Of a stretch of DNA of 51,357 bases, positions 49,262 to 51,357 are shown piece after piece. Source of the DNA: Halocafeteria seosinensis. Lineage: Eukaryota. The notes below the pieces were generated by a model. The model had not been told where the DNA came from. It saw only the letters and a program-made list of their open reading frames with translations, and did no database searches. The stretch's first letter is position 1. Each line of letters opens with the position of its first letter. The stretch lies in NCBI GenBank assembly GCA_001687465.1, contig LVLI01000583.1, forward strand, positions 1 through 51,357, in the 5' to 3' direction. A program made the translations under genes and the position numbers.

Positions 49262-49823
49262 CGACATGGCCTCCATAAACATGATGCTCTAAGAGGTGAA
49301 GGCAAACAGGGCAAGTAGAAATGTTATCTCGTGGGCTTTGATAAGGAGCATCTCCCCAATCCATATCCTCTGGTTCCGTCATATCGTAGAAAGTAAGCGC
49401 ATCATCCACAGCTTCTCGTCTGCTTGGAGAGCAGATATCCACCCGTGTGACCATCTTGTCCTCTCTCTCCCAAATTGTTGGTATAATTCGGCAGTCACCA
49501 TGCTCCCATTTCTCCATATTTATCTCCCCACACCTTGAATGCTGCGATGTGTCAACAGGGCACACTAGGAGTACATAGGGAAAGCCATTCTTTGTGCACT
49601 TGAACCGCACATAAGGATCGTCGACAGGCTCTACATCGAAGCCTTTGTTTTCGAACCAAACTCGAACTCCTCGTTTACTCGTCCAATCCTCCTCAGACAT
49701 ATTGGCAAAGCATACAAATTTGCGGCAAATCATTGCTCTGTGCTCGGGCAATGAGTGCAGTGTGCTAATTACGTTGATGAAACAGTCCCCTCCCCACACA
49801 AACAACAAACCCGTCCAACACAA
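49242..49823 (-). other. Unidentified ORF in filler DNA abutting the MAPK fragment, possibly decayed
   Basis: 193-codon frame with protein-like composition and a C-terminal CPVC...H...H. The same frame is interrupted by TGA stops just upstream. Confidence 0.35.
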
Positions 49824-49949
49824 TCTGTGATCAATTTGATCAGATCAAATTCCAGGATTATCTGGGTGGTTGAAGACAATTTCAGATATGTCTGTGCGAG
49901 CCCTACTGTAATTTCAAATATGTCTTTTCCGGATGGACTTTAGTCCAGA

Positions 49950-50265
49950 CGGTATTGTCAGAAACACACTGGGGACCATCCCACGGGCTTAGCGCCCGGA
50001 TCTCCGGGCTTGGAGCCCGGTCAACAAACAACCGCCTAGACGCTGATGCAGCCGATAACATTTCTCTCTATCATCCGATCTTCGTTATAGCTTTAAGGCG
50101 GTCCTGTCAGAAATACACTGGGGGCATTGTCCCACCTCCCACTCCCATCCGGGCGCAAAAATCTCCGAGCTTGGAGCCCGGATTCTTATGCTTTCAAACA
50201 GTCCCCTAGATGCTGATGCAGCTAATATTACCATTTCGCTCCATCATCCAATCTTCGTTACAGCT
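49950..50265 (+). repeat. Degenerate tandem direct repeat, two units of ~140-165 bp
   Basis: 49950-50092 and 50099-50265 share cggt..tgtcagaaa.acactgggg, atctccg.gcttggagcccgg, cctaga.gctgatgcagc and tcatcc.atcttcgtta.agct. Confidence 0.85.
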
Positions 50266-50714
50266 CAATTGACTTCCGGAAATCGAACGAGACTCCCGGT
50301 GGGTGGGTGGGTTTGTCGTATTGCGTTCGTTAAAGTCCGTTCGGTACTTCGATAACTGCGTGCTCGCGTCGGCATTACAAATCTGTTGGTTGTAGGTTTG
50401 TCCTATTCATCAATTGACACCATAATACAAGTGGATTAGACAGTATCCAAGCTACATAGATAATCCACTGCTTACTCATTCCACTGTGTCCACTCATGAC
50501 TCGACTCTATCGGATACCGCATTGGACGAGGACCAGGAAGTAGCCAGTGAGTCGAATGATGCAGCGCCCCATTTTCAGGCGATACTATACGGCATGAACG
50601 GTATATGATGCAGCGACTCTTATGAACATCTCGCGACTTTCCCAGTACACTACAGAGGAAAGTAGAGAAGCACAGAGGGAGGCAGCAGCCGCCGAGCAGC
50701 GAACGCAAGTGGAG

Positions 50715-51357
50715 TTCCACATTTCGTGCACTTCTTCCTGGATAATTCATGGCGAAAGGCTTTGAATGTTACGAGTGAGACGAAGGGAAGAGTTGCCATG
50801 GCGCTTGGAGATCTTTTGAAGCGGTTATGGAAAGAAGGATCGTCAGACTCTTCTGAACGCCCTTCGGAGATTAAGCGACTAGTGGGGAGACAATCCCCTA
50901 TAAAGAATTGGACGAATCACCGGACCAGTCGGATCGTGAAGTATCTGAAGAATGGTGGGACTACCACTGCAAGAGAAACAACAGCATCGTGAACGACCTC
51001 TTTGGTGGTCAGTTGAAGAGTGAAGTGAAGTGCCTGTCTTGTGGCGCAGTTTCGCGGTGTTTCGATCCCTTTCTGGATTTGTCGCTTCAGATTCCACAAT
51101 CGGTGCAGGCTGCGGGTCGACGGTCTTCTGGAAGGTTTGGCTCAAATCGCAATATTTCGATCCACAACTGCTTAAAATCGTATATTGGGCCAGAAAGAAT
51201 CAGCGCTGAAGGATATATTTGCAAGAGGTGTAAACGGGAAACTTCTTGTGAAAAGTATTTAACAATATTCAAGAGCCCTGAAATTTTGGTGTTTCATTTG
51301 AAGCGGTTCACCTTCTCCACGTTTCGCCGTAGTAAGATCACCGCCAGTATTGATTTC
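50715..51357 (+). pseudogene. Partial duplicate of the USP gene (no Cys box, frameshifting deletion); runs off window end
   Basis: Matches 47522-48264. The segment 47698-47799 (102 nt, includes QQDAQEF) is replaced by CA at 50891-50892. Confidence 0.92.

Overview
Compact eukaryotic nuclear DNA, roughly half GC, with many short GT-AG introns (about 57-110 nt, one of 332 nt). It is probably from a heterotrophic protist; a stramenopile-like origin is only an inference from the AROM gene, the archaeal-type RNase H1 and the MAPK style. The ORF track fragments most genes, so I spliced them by hand. In order: a TALE-class homeobox gene whose homeodomain only appears after splicing; four intact tandem SCP/CTDSP-like DxDxT phosphatases plus a fifth decayed copy; RNase H1 (hybrid-binding domain + archaeal/actinobacterial-type RNase HI); a 2-Cys peroxiredoxin with unusual termini; a KCTD-type BTB protein; two tandem paralogous ~11-TM membrane proteins of unknown family; an SLC25 carrier divergent from a pentafunctional AROM gene; a 4xWW/coiled-coil protein; a P5A ATPase; a membrane-anchored BAG-like protein; and a USP deubiquitinase. 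The window ends in a segmental duplication made of a 5'-truncated MAPK, ~1.45 kb of unrelated filler and a disabled partial USP copy. I found no supportable rRNA, tRNA, CRISPR array or intact mobile element. All alignments and counts were done by eye.
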